Source: Anaeromonas frigoriresistens | Lineage (GTDB): Bacteria; Bacillota; Clostridia; Tissierellales; SIT17 | NCBI RefSeq assembly: GCF_016820655.1 | Contig: NZ_WSFT01000037.1 | Coordinates: 1-24,000, forward strand | Direction: 5' to 3' | DNA length: 24,000 nt | Shown: positions 23,661-24,000 of the stretch, piece by piece | Layout: each line of letters opens with the position of its first letter | Numbering within the stretch: the stretch's first letter is position 1 | Made by a program: the position numbers and the translations under genes | Notes under the pieces: model-generated | Databases searched by the model: none | Seen by the model: only the letters and a program-made list of their open reading frames with translations | What the model was told of the DNA's origin: nothing

Positions 23661-24000
23661 ATAGCAAACTCTTTCTCATCAATGTTTATTAAATCTAGTT
23701 CTCTTACAATTATCTTTGCAGTACTCTCTGCTATTTCCCCAGTAAAGGATATACATTGTTTTTTATGTTCTCCAGAAGCCATATCCATTCCTTTAGTAAG
23801 GATACTACAACATAGAACTTTATGGTTTTTCTTAAATCCTTCTTGTAATTCATTAGCTAATTCTAAGGTTTTAACACTTTTTGGATCTTGAGGATTAGTA
23901 CCTTCTTTTCTTCCAAAGAAATATCCCATCATCATTATACCACCAGAAACAGCTCCACATACACACTTAGATCTTCCAATCCCTACTGGAAATCCTGATG
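23657..24000 (-). CDS. C_GCAxxG_C_C-family putative redox-active protein, 3' part (reading frame open to the right edge)
   Basis: The track starts at an internal Met (23935). The same frame stays open upstream: ..SGFPVGIGRSKCVCGAVSGGIMMMGYFFG.. Later Cys residues lie in KVLCCSIL and KKQCISF. Confidence 0.7.
   Translation of the reverse strand, partial: SGFPVGIGRSKCVCGAVSGGIMMMGYFFGRKEGTNPQDPKSVKTLELANELQEGFKKNHKVLCCSILTKGMDMASGEHKKQCISFTGEIAESTAKIIVRELDLINIDEKEFAI

Noticed and set aside
23682-23891. 69-aa plus-strand ORF antisense to the C_GCAxxG_C_C gene
   Set aside because: It is a shadow ORF. The opposite frame continues open to the window edge with family-typical Cys motifs.
1-24000. 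Search for CRISPR arrays, tRNA/rRNA, IS elements, integrases, phage genes and toxin-antitoxin or known defence-system architectures
   Set aside because: I saw none. There are no spaced repeat arrays, no transposase/integrase/recombinase-like ORFs, and no terminal inverted repeats. The GNAT gene is divergent from an HTH gene rather than downstream of a small antitoxin, so it does not fit a GNAT-type TA layout.

Overview
This is a strongly AT-rich, almost fully coding chromosomal segment. Its codon usage and GGAGG-type Shine-Dalgarno sites look like a low-GC Firmicute (Clostridia/Tissierellia-like). I found no rRNA, tRNA, CRISPR array, transposase or integrase. The main feature is one co-directional minus-strand operon running from about 9857 to beyond position 1. 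It contains all eight families of the functionally unassigned E. coli php/yhfSTUWXYZ cluster: a YhfZ regulator, a YhfY stand-alone PRD protein, YhfU (DUF2620), the YhfT membrane protein, Php, the YhfS and YhfX PLP enzymes, and the YhfW phosphomutase. It also carries an extra amidase-signature protein and continues without a recognisable terminator into nagB, ptsH and the start of ptsI. No recognisable EIIA/B/C is present, so I read it as a candidate PTS-linked amino-sugar-conjugate catabolic system with a possibly non-canonical uptake module (YhfT/YhfU). An identical 18-bp motif precedes both yhfZ and yhfY. The rest of the window holds the following: a MATE exporter; a signal-less PAP2/vanadium-haloperoxidase-like protein divergent from an LtaS-family enzyme; two tandem DUF2087 proteins (one with an HTH) next to a perfect 12-bp inverted repeat; a GNAT; a flavodoxin-like protein; Tag glycosylase; an Fe/Mn SOD; a putative ECF S-component; a response regulator / ABC ATPase / ABC-2 permease / single-TM histidine kinase module; a DUF202 gene flanked by two copies of a 29-bp palindromic repeat; and a translationally coupled C_GCAxxG_C_C / TDT-transporter pair that runs off the right edge. 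All family calls rest on motifs read by eye. No database search was run.
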